From an uncultured Gemmatimonadales bacterium (GTDB lineage Bacteria; Gemmatimonadota; Gemmatimonadetes; Longimicrobiales; RSA9), in the NCBI GenBank assembly GCA_963798085.1, contig CAWCRS010000005.1, positions 192,001-256,000 of the forward strand: a DNA stretch of 64,000 nt, in the 5' to 3' direction. Positions 39,271 to 49,983 of the stretch are shown here, one piece after another. The notes under the pieces are model-generated. The model saw only the letters and a list, made by a program, of their open reading frames with translations. It did not search any database and was not told where the DNA came from. Position 1 is the first letter of the stretch. Each line of letters starts with the position of its first letter. A program made the position numbers and the translations under genes.

Positions 39271-40557
39271 TTACCAGCCGGCCACGCCCGGTTCGTCCGG
39301 GTCGAGCGGCTCCTGCGCCGGGCGCAGCTCGGCGGGCACGTGCTGCAGGTTCACGCGGATGCGCGTCCACGTGGACGAGCGCCCGCGCATGGAATCGACC
39401 AGCACGTCCGCTGGCTGGAGCAGCGCCGCGGCTTGCGGATGGCGGCTCTTCCAGCGCTCCAGGCCCGCGAGTGCATCTTCCTTGCGTTTCGCGCGGCCGA
39501 TCTCGATAAGCGGGTGTTTGGAAACACGTCGTTTGGAGGGCTGCACCCGCGGCGGCTCGCCGCTCTGCTTGCGGTAGTGGGGCGGCCAGGGTGCGTCGCC
39601 CAGACCTTCGCGCTCGTGGCGCGCGGACAGCTCGAGCAGCGGCTCGATCGATCCGGAATGTTCCTCGATGGCTGCGTGCCGGTCGCCGATCTGCGCGAAG
39701 CGCGCGGGCATGGTTGCCAGGGTGAAGTCCGAGGGCTCGCAGGCGGGCACCTCATCCCAGGCGAGGGGAGCAGACACGCGGGCTTCGGGTGTGGGCCGCA
39801 CCGAGTACGCGGACGCCACCGTGCGGTCCTTCGCGTTCTGATTGTAGTCGACGAATACGCCGTGACGTTCTTCCTTCCACCACTTGCTGGTGGCGAGGCC
39901 GGGCGCGCGTCGTTCCACTTCGCGCGCGAAGGCGAGGGCGGCGCGGCGCACTTCATCGAAGGTCCAGCGGCGCGCGATGCGCACGACCACGTGCATGCCG
40001 CGGGAGCCGGAGGTCTTGGGCCACCCGACGAGAGCGTGATCGAGAAGCGTCGCCTGCACCACACCGGCCACCTCACGCACCTGGGACCAGGGCACGCCGG
40101 GCACGGGATCCAGGTCGATGCGCAGCTCATCGGGATGATCGAGGTCATCGGTGCGCACAGGGTGCGGGTGCAACTCGAGGCAGGCCAGGTTGGCGAGCCA
40201 GACGAGAGCCGCGGCGTCGCGCGGTACTACCTCGTCCGCGCTGCGTCCTGATGGGAAGCGCAGCGTCACGACTTCGATCCAGGGCGGTCGCGAGGCAGGC
40301 GCGCGCTTCTGGTAGAAGAACTCGCCGGTGATGCCGTTGGGGTAGCGCACCAGCACGTTGGGCCGCGCGCCCGCCCCGCGCAGTGCGCCTTCACTAACAG
40401 CGAGATAGTAGTGCGCCAGGTCGCGCTTGGTGTAGCCGGGTCCGGGAAAGAGCACCTTGCCGGGATTCGACAGCTGTACCTGGCGGCCCGCGACGGGGAT
40501 GGTTTCGTGGCTGTCCCGGCTGCGTCGCGGCGCTGCGCCGCCTGCCTCTGCCATCAT
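39271..40557 (-). CDS. Stand-alone LigD-type primase-polymerase (Prim-PolC-like)
   Basis: LSNPGKVLFP, RYPNGI, FYQKRAP, DELRIDLDP, KTSGSRGMHV, VFVDYNQN, SAYSVRP. Confidence 0.93.
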   Translation of the reverse strand: MMAEAGGAAPRRSRDSHETIPVAGRQVQLSNPGKVLFPGPGYTKRDLAHYYLAVSEGALRGAGARPNVLVRYPNGITGEFFYQKRAPASRPPWIEVVTLRFPSGRSADEVVPRDAAALVWLANLACLELHPHPVRTDDLDHPDELRIDLDPVPGVPWSQVREVAGVVQATLLDHALVGWPKTSGSRGMHVVVRIARRWTFDEVRRAALAFAREVERRAPGLATSKWWKEERHGVFVDYNQNAKDRTVASAYSVRPTPEARVSAPLAWDEVPACEPSDFTLATMPARFAQIGDRHAAIEEHSGSIEPLLELSARHEREGLGDAPWPPHYRKQSGEPPRVQPSKRRVSKHPLIEIGRAKRKEDALAGLERWKSRHPQAAALLQPADVLVDSMRGRSSTWTRIRVNLQHVPAELRPAQEPLDPDEPGVAGW

Positions 40558-40867
40558 GTCCGACTGATCCCGAAAAAGGAAACGCGACCTCGTCGCTGCC
40601 CAACGCGGAGCACGGGGCGCAAATGGAGTATGGAGAACCGTGGCAGGGGATGGAATGTCCCACCCCACCACAGCAGGCTCGCAAGGGGAAGGCGGCGCAC
40701 GCCCGCTGGCCTTCGGCAAACACTGTGGCCTGCAACGCGTTCGCCGGTTCGTGGGTCGCCGGTGGCGGCGGCCGCGAGGTCGCGCGATCGTGGCCCGCGA
40801 GGTGCCTGCCTGAGAGGAGCAGGGCGGCGTGATGTCGTCCTCGATTGCCAGGGGGAGGAGGCAAGCA

Positions 40868-41920
40868 ATGCGAACGAGCCTGTCGCTGGTCGCGGTCACG
40901 TGCGCGATCTGGTGCTGGGGCTGCAGCGCGGCACAACCGCGCGTTGCGGTCAGCACAGCGCCGGATCTGGAGGAGGCAAGGGCATTCCAGCCGCTGCCGG
41001 CGGCCATCGGATCCGAAAGCAATGCGATCACGCCAGCGAAAGTGGCGTTGGGCCGCATGCTCTATTTCGACACGCGTTTCTCCGCGGACGGAACGGTATC
41101 CTGCTACGTCTGTCATCCGCTGCACGACTATGGCACGAGCCACCGGGCCACGGGGGTGGGTCACGACCATCTGCCGGGCGGCCGCAACGAGCCGACCGTG
41201 TACAACGCGGCCGGCCATGTGGCGCAGTTCTGGGATGGACGCGCGCCCGACGTCGAGGCGCAGGCACTCGGCCCGGTGCTGAATCCAGTGGAAATGGGCA
41301 TGGCGGATGGCACGATGGTGGTGCGTACGATCCGCACGATACCCGGGTACGTCGAGGCGTTCGCGCAGGCGTTCCCCGACGCAGCCGATCCCGTCACATT
41401 CGAGAATTTCGGCCGCGCGATCGCTGCATTCGAGCGCGGGCTGGTCACGCCGGCGCGCTGGGACGCATACCTGCAGGGTGATGCGAACGCGATCACGCCC
41501 GCGGAGAAGGAGGGGCTGCGCACCTTCGTCGCCGAAGGATGCGCGCAATGCCATGCCGGCGCCTATGTGGGCGGCGGCATGTACCAGAAGGCGGGGCTGG
41601 TCCAGGCCTGGCCGGAGCAGAAGGATCAGGGGCGCTACGCGGTCACCAAACAGGCAGCCGACCGCCATGTCTTCAAGGTCCCGTCACTGCGCAACATCGA
41701 AGAGACGTGGCCATACTTCCACGATGGCTCGGTGCAACGTCTGGATGATGCCATCGTGCTGATGGGTCGCCATCAGCTGGGGCACGAGCTGACGCCGGCG
41801 CAGGTCGCGTCGATCCGGGCCTTCCTGCTGACGCTCACCGGGCCGGTGCCGCAATCCTATATCGAGGAACCGGTCCTGCCACCCACGGGAACGACGCGGC
41901 CGGCCGTAATGGCGCGTTAG
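40868..41920 (+). CDS. Di-heme cytochrome c peroxidase family protein
   Basis: LGRMLYFD, SCYVCH, QFWDGRA, CAQCH, FKVPSLRNI, PYFHDGS. Confidence 0.93.
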   Translation: MRTSLSLVAVTCAIWCWGCSAAQPRVAVSTAPDLEEARAFQPLPAAIGSESNAITPAKVALGRMLYFDTRFSADGTVSCYVCHPLHDYGTSHRATGVGHDHLPGGRNEPTVYNAAGHVAQFWDGRAPDVEAQALGPVLNPVEMGMADGTMVVRTIRTIPGYVEAFAQAFPDAADPVTFENFGRAIAAFERGLVTPARWDAYLQGDANAITPAEKEGLRTFVAEGCAQCHAGAYVGGGMYQKAGLVQAWPEQKDQGRYAVTKQAADRHVFKVPSLRNIEETWPYFHDGSVQRLDDAIVLMGRHQLGHELTPAQVASIRAFLLTLTGPVPQSYIEEPVLPPTGTTRPAVMAR

Positions 41921-41987
41921 GCCGCAGCGGCAGCGTATCGTGGGGCGGCAGGTGGCAGCCGCCCCATCGCGTCGCGGCCAGCCGGCA

Positions 41988-43004
41988 TCACGGGCCGTCG
42001 GCGACGCGCCGCAGCGCCTCGTAGACGGCGTCCGGCGTGACGGACGCGAAGCTCCTCCGCCAGTAGCGGTGATGGGACTCCAGCAGACGCTTGTGCAGGC
42101 GGCTGGTCACGACCTCGACGCGGGGTCCCAGTGCGCGCCAGCGCGTGGGACCCACCACGGGTTCATTGCGACCGCAGATACAGACGGTCGGTGCGCCCAC
42201 CGCGCCGGCCAGATGACTGGTGCCGGTATCGCGGGTGACGACGCCGGCGCTCCGTGCGAGCAGCCAGCCCAGCTCGGCGACATCGGTGCGGCCGGCGAGG
42301 TCCAGCGCGTCGTCGCCCAGTCCCTGCGCCACTGCACGGGCGGCGTCATCGCCGGCCTTGTCCCCCACGATCGCAATGCGCCACGGCGTCTCCGCGCGAA
42401 TGCGTCGGGCGAGAACCAGGAAGTGGTCGGCGGGCCAGCGCGCAGTGAGCAGGAAGGCCGTCGGGTTGAGCACGACAAACGGCTGGAGCTGCTCGAGCGG
42501 GAAGCCGAGCGTGTGTTCCAGCGACTCGAGTGCCGAGGCCGGCAGGTGGACCTCGGGCAGGGGCCGCGCAGGCGGCCGAATGCCGAGCGGCGCGAGCAGG
42601 TCGAAGTTGTACTCCGCCTCGTGCTTTTCGCCGCGGCGCCGCCGGTCGCGCAGCGCCACCGTAAGCGCGTGTTTGGAGCCACTCTGCGCGTAGCCGACGC
42701 GCACGGGGATTCCCGCGTCCACGGCCGCACCGTAGAGGTTGTCGTGGGGGTTCATGTGCACGATGGCCGAGGCGCCGGTCTCGCGCAGCTGCGCGGCCAG
42801 CGCGTCGCGGGGCGCGTCGGCATCGATGACGCCGGCAAGCAGCGGATGCTCGCGCACCACGGGCAGCCACGCCTTGCGCGCCGCGAAGATGATGCGCGCG
42901 GCCGGCAGCTGCGCGTGCAGCGGCCGGATCGCCGATGTCGCGATGATGCAGTCGCCGAGGCGGTCCGGCCGGCTGAGCACGATCGTGTCTGCAGCTCCGT
43001 TCAC
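41988..43004 (-). CDS. Glycosyltransferase family 9 (heptosyltransferase-like)
   Basis: RPDRLGD, HEAE, LNP...RWP, DLAGRT, DTGTSHLAGAVG. Confidence 0.88.
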   Translation of the reverse strand: MNGAADTIVLSRPDRLGDCIIATSAIRPLHAQLPAARIIFAARKAWLPVVREHPLLAGVIDADAPRDALAAQLRETGASAIVHMNPHDNLYGAAVDAGIPVRVGYAQSGSKHALTVALRDRRRRGEKHEAEYNFDLLAPLGIRPPARPLPEVHLPASALESLEHTLGFPLEQLQPFVVLNPTAFLLTARWPADHFLVLARRIRAETPWRIAIVGDKAGDDAARAVAQGLGDDALDLAGRTDVAELGWLLARSAGVVTRDTGTSHLAGAVGAPTVCICGRNEPVVGPTRWRALGPRVEVVTSRLHKRLLESHHRYWRRSFASVTPDAVYEALRRVADGP

Positions 43005-43208
43005 GCTCGACCGGCGAGGTCAGGTTTCAGGGAGCCACCGGACCACCGTTGCGTGTCGGCATTTGCCCTCCTCATTCGCGGACCGCCTTGCCCTGAGCCA
43101 CCGGTCAACCGACCGCCTCAGACGTTTGCGACGCTCGTCCAAGGTCGCCGCGGCAGATACAATGCGAGCACTCGTCGGCGCCGGCGTCGCCGCAGGCGGC
43201 GGATGCCC

Positions 43209-44390
43209 TCAGCGTGTGCTCGATGGGAACATCGGCAGCGGCGCGCGCTCCAGTGTCTGCAGGTCGTTGTCATCCGTAGCCACGAGGTACACGTACTTCG
43301 CGCCCATGCCGGCGAGGCGTCGGCCGGCGGGCAGCTGCACGGTCGCGATCTGGCGGCCGGCCGCATTGAAGATATCGTAGCGCAGCGGCTCGTCTGTGCG
43401 GGTGGAGTGGCCCACCCAGAGACGGTCGTTGGCATCGAAGCGCACATCGCCCGCGCGGAAATAGGGGAACACATCCGCCCATGTGCTGCGCCGAATGAGG
43501 CCGGCGATGGCCTGCGGCGTCATGTCTTCGGCGGGGGCGTGGCCGAGCGAGCCGCGCGGCCCCTTGCCGCTCACGGGCGTTCCCTGGGCGAAGCGCCGCA
43601 TGTACGCGGTGCGATCCGCGTCGCGCACGGGCAGCGGCCTGTAGGCATGCGAAGGCCCGCGCACGACATTCGCACCAGCGCGCAATTCCACTGTGTAGTC
43701 ATCGCCATGCACGATCGCGAGGCTGCCGCTGCGCGAGATGGCCCAGGAATCCTCCTTCGCGTAGATCACCATGGGCACGCGCGGGCCATCACGCGGGCCG
43801 GGCTGGGGCGCACGGGTGCTGCCATGCAGCCGCGCTAACACCTGACTCTGACCGGCCGCAGGATCGAACATCGCGAGCTCGACCGAATCGCCGGGCAGCG
43901 GTTGCCGTGTCAGCCAGGGCTGGATGATGTAGTACAAGCGGCCGCGGTGATCTGCGGCGGACGCATAGAGCGCGGAGGGATCCGAGAGGGTCAGGATTCT
44001 GGCGACTCGACCGTCGCGGTCCAGCACGGCAAGCCGCTGATTGCCCTGATCATCAAGGACCGTGGAATCGCCCCGCCACGGGAACAGTCCGCTGGGCAGG
44101 CGATACTCCTCGGGACCCTGCCCCACACGACCGCGATTGCTCACGGTGCCGGCGGCGAAGTCGACCAGGGCGACGCGCTCCTCGATCCAGTCCGTCACCA
44201 GGAGCCGACCATCCGGCAGCTCGCGCAGACCGCGCAGCAGGCTGAAGGGCTCCTTCAGACTCTCGGTCGCGTGGAGTGAGATGGCTGTCTGTGCGCGCGC
44301 CGGCGGCGCGGCGGGGAGCGACAGAAGCAGCGCCGTCGCGGTGCACGCCATCCCACGCAGGATCCAGCCGCAGCCTCTGCTGCCCATCAT
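43209..44390 (-). CDS. Exported beta-propeller-like hypothetical protein
   Basis: Signal peptide ending ARAQ; ELPDGRLLVTD, GQGPEEY, FDANDRLWV, YDIFNAAGR. Confidence 0.7.
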   Translation of the reverse strand: MMGSRGCGWILRGMACTATALLLSLPAAPPARAQTAISLHATESLKEPFSLLRGLRELPDGRLLVTDWIEERVALVDFAAGTVSNRGRVGQGPEEYRLPSGLFPWRGDSTVLDDQGNQRLAVLDRDGRVARILTLSDPSALYASAADHRGRLYYIIQPWLTRQPLPGDSVELAMFDPAAGQSQVLARLHGSTRAPQPGPRDGPRVPMVIYAKEDSWAISRSGSLAIVHGDDYTVELRAGANVVRGPSHAYRPLPVRDADRTAYMRRFAQGTPVSGKGPRGSLGHAPAEDMTPQAIAGLIRRSTWADVFPYFRAGDVRFDANDRLWVGHSTRTDEPLRYDIFNAAGRQIATVQLPAGRRLAGMGAKYVYLVATDDNDLQTLERAPLPMFPSSTR

Positions 44391-44619
44391 GTGCAACCTC
44401 CGTTCACGGGCGATGAGTACCCCGCTGCAAGCAAGTTGCAAAGGCCCGCGGCTGGAAGCATGAGGGGAAGCGGCGGACCTGAAGTGGGACGAATCGGGTC
44501 GTTCTGGTACGAGGCGCAGATACGCAGGGGCGAGAGGTGGCGCGGGTGCCAACCCGGCTCGCCAGATTCCTGTCCAAGGAGTTGCTGACGATTGCTGACA
44601 CCAGAGCCGGCAGAGACCC

Positions 44620-47064
44620 ATGGAACGACTGCTGCAGGATCTGCGGTTCGCGCTGCGCCAGATCCGGCGTTCGCCCGCCTTCGCCTTCTTCATTGTGGCC
44701 ACGCTGGCCATTGGCATCGGCGCTAACACACTTGTTTTCACGGCGCTGGACACGATCCTGATCCGGGCGCTGCCCTTCCCGCACGGCGAGCAGCTGGTTT
44801 CGATTTCCGCATCGTACAAGGGGCGCGGCGACGACTGGTCGGTGTCGCTGCCCAACGCGCTGGACTGGCGCGAGATGAACCACACCTTCACCGATGTCGC
44901 GTACTACCGGAACGGCACGCCCAGCATGACGCTGACGGGCAGCGGCGTACCGGAGCGCGTCGCCGTCGGCCTCATTTCGCCGAACCTGTTTTCCGTCCTG
45001 GGCGTGTCGCCGGCGCTGGGCCGGAGCTTCACGGCGGCGGAAGGCGAGCCGAACGCCGCGTCGCTCGTCGTGTTGAGCGATGCCACGTGGCGGCGACTGT
45101 ATGGCGCCGACGCGGGCATTCTGGGCCGCACGATCTCGCTTTCCGGCTCGCCGTACACGGTGATCGGCGTCATGCCCCGCGCTTTCGCGTTTCCGTCGCC
45201 CGACCAGCAGATGTGGGTGGCACTGCGTGCCAACAACAGCACGTGGAATCGCGGGAGCGGCGGGCTCAGCGTGATGGCGAGGCTGCGCACCGGCATGACG
45301 CTGGCCGCCGCGCAGAAGGACATGGATGGCGTTGCGGCCGTGCTGGCCCGTGAGTATCCGGACATCATCGGCGAAAACACGTCGCTGGGCGCGATGGGCG
45401 CGCATCTCTCTTCGCTGCGCGACTCGCTGATCGCGGGCAGTCAGGTGACGCGCATGCTCTACGTCCTCATGGCGGCGGTGGCGCTGGTGCTGCTCATCGC
45501 GTGCGTGAACGTGGCCAACCTGCTGCTGGCGCGTGCGACCGTGCGCGAGCGTGAGGTGGCCGTGCGCAGCGCGGTGGGTGCGGCGCGTGGCCGCATTACG
45601 CGGCAGCTGCTGACGGAGAGCCTGGTGCTCGCGCTAGTGGGCGGCACGATCGGCGTCCTGCTCGCGCTCTGGGGCACGAACACCCTGCCTCGGCTGATCG
45701 CGGAAGGCGTTTCCCTGCCCCGCAGATATCCCCTCGACCTGCGCGTGCTCGGCTTCAGCGTGGGCATCACGTGCCTCACCGGTTTCGTTTTCGGCGTGGG
45801 TCCCGCGATCAAGGCGACGAGCGGCGGCCTCAGCGTGCTGCTGGGCGGACGCACGGGCCACGGCACGCGGGCCAAGGGCAGGCGTCGCAATCTGCTGGTC
45901 GTTGCCGAAGTCGCGCTCGCCGTTGTACTGCTGGTGAGCGCCGGCCTGGTGATCCGCAGCCTGGCGCAGCTGGTACGCACGGATCCGGGCTTCAGGACCG
46001 ACCGGCTGCTGACCATGCGCGTGGCGCTGGACGCGCGCTACTCCAGCCTGGACATGATAACGGACTTCGAGACGCGCATGCTGAGCGCGCTGCGCGCAGT
46101 GCCCGGCGTGCGCGCCGCCAGCCTGGCGGATTTCGTGCCCATGAGCGGCACCAGCAACTTCAACGATCTGCACGTCGAAGGGGACGCATTGGACAAGCCC
46201 ATCAACGTCGGTACGGTCGTGACCGGCACCGGCTACCTCGATGCCATGGGCATTCCGCTGCGCGGCGGACGCGCCTTCGATGAACACGACACGCGCGGCG
46301 GACCGGGCGTGGCCATGGTCAACGAGGCGTTTGTCGCGCATCACCTGCAGGGTCAGGACGCGATCGGCAAGCGTGTGCTGCTGACGTGGGAGAACGGCAA
46401 GCAGCCCTACTGGCGTACGATCATTGGCGTCTTCGGCAACGTGCTGCACAGCGGCCTGGATGATGAAGGACCGCGCGATGAGATCTATCTGCCGGCGAGC
46501 CAGCTGCCCTTCAACCTGGGCACGATGGCGGTGGTGGTGCGTACACAGGGCGATCCGGCAGCCGTGGCGAACGCCGCGCGCCAGGCCATCTGGAGCGCGG
46601 ACCCGAATCTCGCGGTGTACGCGGTGAAGGACATGTCCGAGCTGATCGGCGCGACCACCGCCATGCTCATCGGCCGCGTGCTCGCGGGAGGTCTCGCACT
46701 GTTCGGCTTCATTGCGCTGCTGCTGGCATCACTGGGGCTGTACGGCGTGATCTCGTACTCCGTGGCGCAGCGCACCTACGAGATCGGCGTGCGCAGCGCG
46801 CTCGGCGCGGACACGCGCAAGGTGCTGCGCATGGTGATGCTGCAGGGGCTCAGGCTGGTGGGTGCGGGCCTGGTGATCGGGCTGCTCGCTTCGTTCGCCG
46901 CGACACGGTTGCTGAAGTCGCTGCTGCACGGCGTGGGTGCAGCCGATCCGCTGTCCTTCGCCGGCATGTCCCTTCTGCTGCTGGCGGTGGCCGCGATTGC
47001 GACGGCGATCCCCTCGCGGCGGGCGGCGCGCATCGATCCCATCCTCGCGTTGCGGGCGGAATAG
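44620..47064 (+). CDS. ADOP-type duplicated ABC permease
   Basis: QDLRFALRQIRRSPAF, LLIACVNVANLLL, EIGVRSALGA, PSRRAARIDP. Confidence 0.93.
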   Translation: MERLLQDLRFALRQIRRSPAFAFFIVATLAIGIGANTLVFTALDTILIRALPFPHGEQLVSISASYKGRGDDWSVSLPNALDWREMNHTFTDVAYYRNGTPSMTLTGSGVPERVAVGLISPNLFSVLGVSPALGRSFTAAEGEPNAASLVVLSDATWRRLYGADAGILGRTISLSGSPYTVIGVMPRAFAFPSPDQQMWVALRANNSTWNRGSGGLSVMARLRTGMTLAAAQKDMDGVAAVLAREYPDIIGENTSLGAMGAHLSSLRDSLIAGSQVTRMLYVLMAAVALVLLIACVNVANLLLARATVREREVAVRSAVGAARGRITRQLLTESLVLALVGGTIGVLLALWGTNTLPRLIAEGVSLPRRYPLDLRVLGFSVGITCLTGFVFGVGPAIKATSGGLSVLLGGRTGHGTRAKGRRRNLLVVAEVALAVVLLVSAGLVIRSLAQLVRTDPGFRTDRLLTMRVALDARYSSLDMITDFETRMLSALRAVPGVRAASLADFVPMSGTSNFNDLHVEGDALDKPINVGTVVTGTGYLDAMGIPLRGGRAFDEHDTRGGPGVAMVNEAFVAHHLQGQDAIGKRVLLTWENGKQPYWRTIIGVFGNVLHSGLDDEGPRDEIYLPASQLPFNLGTMAVVVRTQGDPAAVANAARQAIWSADPNLAVYAVKDMSELIGATTAMLIGRVLAGGLALFGFIALLLASLGLYGVISYSVAQRTYEIGVRSALGADTRKVLRMVMLQGLRLVGAGLVIGLLASFAATRLLKSLLHGVGAADPLSFAGMSLLLLAVAAIATAIPSRRAARIDPILALRAE

Positions 47065-47103
47065 CCTGCGCCGTGCGCGGACTGCGGCCTGCGTCGTGCC
47101 CGC

Positions 47104-47871
47104 TCAGGTCCGTTCCCGCAGGCGCCGGGCGCCGAGCCTGCGCACCAGCTCACGGAGGCGCCGGCTGCTGACCGGGATACGTCGCCCACCTTCCACTAAC
47201 AGCTCATGCGATGATGCCGATCCGCGCAGCAGCGCCTGCACGAAGCCGAGGTTGACAATGGCGCCGCGGTGGACGCGCACGAAGGCGGCGGGATCGAGAC
47301 GGCGCTCCAGCTGGTTCAGCGAGATGCGGACGAGGAACGAATCCGCCCGGGTGTGCAGCCGCGCGCAGTAATCACTGGCTTCGATCCAGACGACAGAGGC
47401 GAGCGCCACGGGAACCCTGCGCCGGCCGGTGCCGGCCAGAAGCCGGTCCGGAAACGCGCTGTTTGGGGGGCGTGGCCCGCCGGACGGCTGACGCAGCCGC
47501 CGGCGGGCGCGCGCCACAGTGCGGTGGAAGCGCTCGTCGGTGAACGGCTTCACCAGGTAGTCGAGCGCCTCCTGCTCGAACGCCCGCACCGCGAAAGCAT
47601 CATACGCGGTGACGAAGATGGTGGCGGGCCGGTCCGCGGCCGCGAGTGCGTCGAGTACGCCGAAGCCATCGAGATCGGGCATGCGCACGTCGAGGAACAG
47701 CAGGTCCGGCTGGAAGGCGCGGATCAGCGTGACCGTCTCGACGCCGTTCCTCGCCTCAGCGACGACCTGCATGTCGTGGTAGCCGCGCACGAGGTCCCGC
47801 ACCACCCGTCTTGCCAGCGGCTCGTCATTGGCGATCAGCACGCGGATCTCAGGCGAAGCCATGGGCCTCAC
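47104..47871 (-). CDS. LytTR-family response regulator
   Basis: FLDVRMP, IFVTAYD, DYLVKPF, FVRVHRGAIVN, IPVSSR. Confidence 0.92.
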   Translation of the reverse strand: MRPMASPEIRVLIANDEPLARRVVRDLVRGYHDMQVVAEARNGVETVTLIRAFQPDLLFLDVRMPDLDGFGVLDALAAADRPATIFVTAYDAFAVRAFEQEALDYLVKPFTDERFHRTVARARRRLRQPSGGPRPPNSAFPDRLLAGTGRRRVPVALASVVWIEASDYCARLHTRADSFLVRISLNQLERRLDPAAFVRVHRGAIVNLGFVQALLRGSASSHELLVEGGRRIPVSSRRLRELVRRLGARRLRERT

Positions 47872-48980
47872 CGCCAGCAGAGGCGAACGCGGCGCCGTCC
47901 GGTCGCTGCTCCTGCCACGGCAAGCGGACGCTCGCGACCGTCCCGCCTGCGGCGCCCGGCAGCAGTGTCAGCTCCGCGCCATTGCCGTGCAGCAGACGCA
48001 GCCGCACGCGCGCCGCATCGAGGCCGAAGCCGCGTCGCTCCGCCCCGGCCGGCCCGGGTTCGGGACCGGGGCCATCGTCCGTGACTGTAATCTCGAGTTG
48101 GTCGCGCACGCGCCGGACGCGAACGGCGATGCAACCGGCACGCGAAGAGCGCTCGATGCCGTGGCGCACGGCATTCTCCACGAGCGCCTGCACGAGGAGC
48201 GGCGCCACCAGCGCGCGTTGCACGCCGGGTTCGATGTCCCACGCGACGCGCAGCCGGTCGCTGAAGCGTACGCTCTCGATCGCCAGGTAGCGGCGCACGA
48301 ACGACAGCTCCTCGTCGAAACGCACGAGATCACGGGCGTCGCGCTGCAGCACCTCGCGCAGCAGATCACTCAGCGCCGTCACCATCTCGACCGTGCGGTC
48401 ACGCTCGCCGCCGCGGGCGAGCGCGCCGATCGCGTGCAGTGCGTTGAACAGGAAGTGCGGATGCAGTCGGGCGCGAATCGAGGCCAGCTCGGCGCGCGCC
48501 AGTTCCTCGCCGAGACGGGCGGCCGCGACCTCACGCTCGCTCAGCCGGCGCGCGAACTCGACAGCCGCGCCACCGGCGAGGATGCCGCCATAGACGACGG
48601 CGGCCACGGGCAGCCAGCCGACGATGGCGCGCCACAGGTAGGGAAAGAATGGCAGTGCCGGTGGGAACAGGCCCAGCACGAAGTTCAGCGACGTGTACAG
48701 TACGCCGCGCACGCAGGAGGCGCCGGCCATGGCGAGCAGATGCACGATCACGCTGGACGCGCGCACGGGCCGGCGCGTGAGCGGAAACGCCGCGCCCAGG
48801 CGCAGAACGACCGGCGTCAGCGGCGCCCAGACGTACCACTCCAGGAACGCGGGAATGAGGGCGCGCGGCGGCGGCGCGGCAGCGCCGCTGGTCGACGCGA
48901 ACGCGTAGATCTCCGAGGATGCTGAGACCGGCGGGCACGGCCCAGATGACGAAGAGCGCGCCCCGCCGGGACAGCTTCAT
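47849..48980 (-). CDS. LytS/YehU-type histidine kinase, single-base frameshift near 48914
   Basis: RLHPHFLFNALH, LVENAVRHG, DDGPG, GFGL; N-terminus MKLSRRGALFVIW (ATGA overlap with upstream gene) switches frame into EIYAF...WYVWAPLTP. Confidence 0.85.
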
Positions 48981-49699
48981 CGGACACCGTGTTGCGGAAC
49001 CAGCACCTGGGTTACCCCGCGTGTGCTGTCCGAGCGCGCGACGTTCCGGTATGACACCTGCCGGCGCGTGCGGTCATCGATACCGATGGTGGCAATGATC
49101 GCCGGATCCGCGAAACGCAGCTGCCACACGCCCGCGTCCCGGCCCAGTACGCGCACGGTGTCCATCTCGAGCTGGTCGCTGCCTTCGGAGTAGAGCGGCA
49201 GGATGGCCTCATACCCGTCGCGCAGCGGAATCGAGCGCAGCAGTACATCCAGCTCGTTGAAGTGGAAGACGCGCACGTCGTACGTGTGCTCGCGCGACGA
49301 GTCCGGAATCGAGGACGTGAGCCGGACGTGCGCGCCGTCGTAGTCGATGCGCGTTCGGCGCGCGTTGTTGTACATGACCTCCCAGATGGGAACCAGGCCG
49401 GCGCGCAGCACCAGCGCGCTGTCCCTGAAGGTCCGGCCGTTGAAGGTCGATGCGGACACCAGCAGGATCGCGGGCCCGCGCGCATTGTTCACCAGGTGCA
49501 ACTCGCGCCAGCCCCGTGCGAACTCGATACGCGCCGTGTCGCCGGGGCGCGGTGTGAGATATCGCACGCTGTCCATGGACGCGCGCAAGTGCTGCGTGAC
49601 GATCTCCGCTGCGCCGGGTTCGAGCAGTGGCGCTTCGCCGGCGGGACGCGGCGAGGCGGCGCTGACGGCGAGCAGGAGGAAGGCGGGGAGCGAACGCAT
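48977..49699 (-). CDS. Exported hypothetical protein
   Basis: Signal peptide MRSLPAFLLLAVSAA; beta-rich; coupled to downstream kinase gene. Confidence 0.7.
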   Translation of the reverse strand: MRSLPAFLLLAVSAASPRPAGEAPLLEPGAAEIVTQHLRASMDSVRYLTPRPGDTARIEFARGWRELHLVNNARGPAILLVSASTFNGRTFRDSALVLRAGLVPIWEVMYNNARRTRIDYDGAHVRLTSSIPDSSREHTYDVRVFHFNELDVLLRSIPLRDGYEAILPLYSEGSDQLEMDTVRVLGRDAGVWQLRFADPAIIATIGIDDRTRRQVSYRNVARSDSTRGVTQVLVPQHGVR

Positions 49700-49983
49700 G
49701 GCGGTGCTCCGCACATTGGCGCGGGTCGGTCGATGCATGGCGGCCTCCAGGCAGGGGTTCGCACCAGGTTTCAGCGCCGCCCGGGACCGGGCAATGAAGC
49801 GTGCAGCGAACGCGGGGCGTTGTGCAGCGAGCGATTCTCTCGCGCCGCAATGGCATCCGCCAGGGTCGCGACGAGGTGCTGGAGCGCGCCCGGCTATTTG
49901 CGGGAAACGTTCACAGCGGCGCCGGGCGGGGCGCCACACTAACGCGGCATTTCAGCGTCAGGGCGGCGGGCAGCTCGCCGCGC

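Noticed and set aside
37441..39616. Repeat pair as a diversity-generating retroelement TR/VR
   Set aside because: Mismatches are not adenine-specific, there are indels, and no reverse transcriptase is present.
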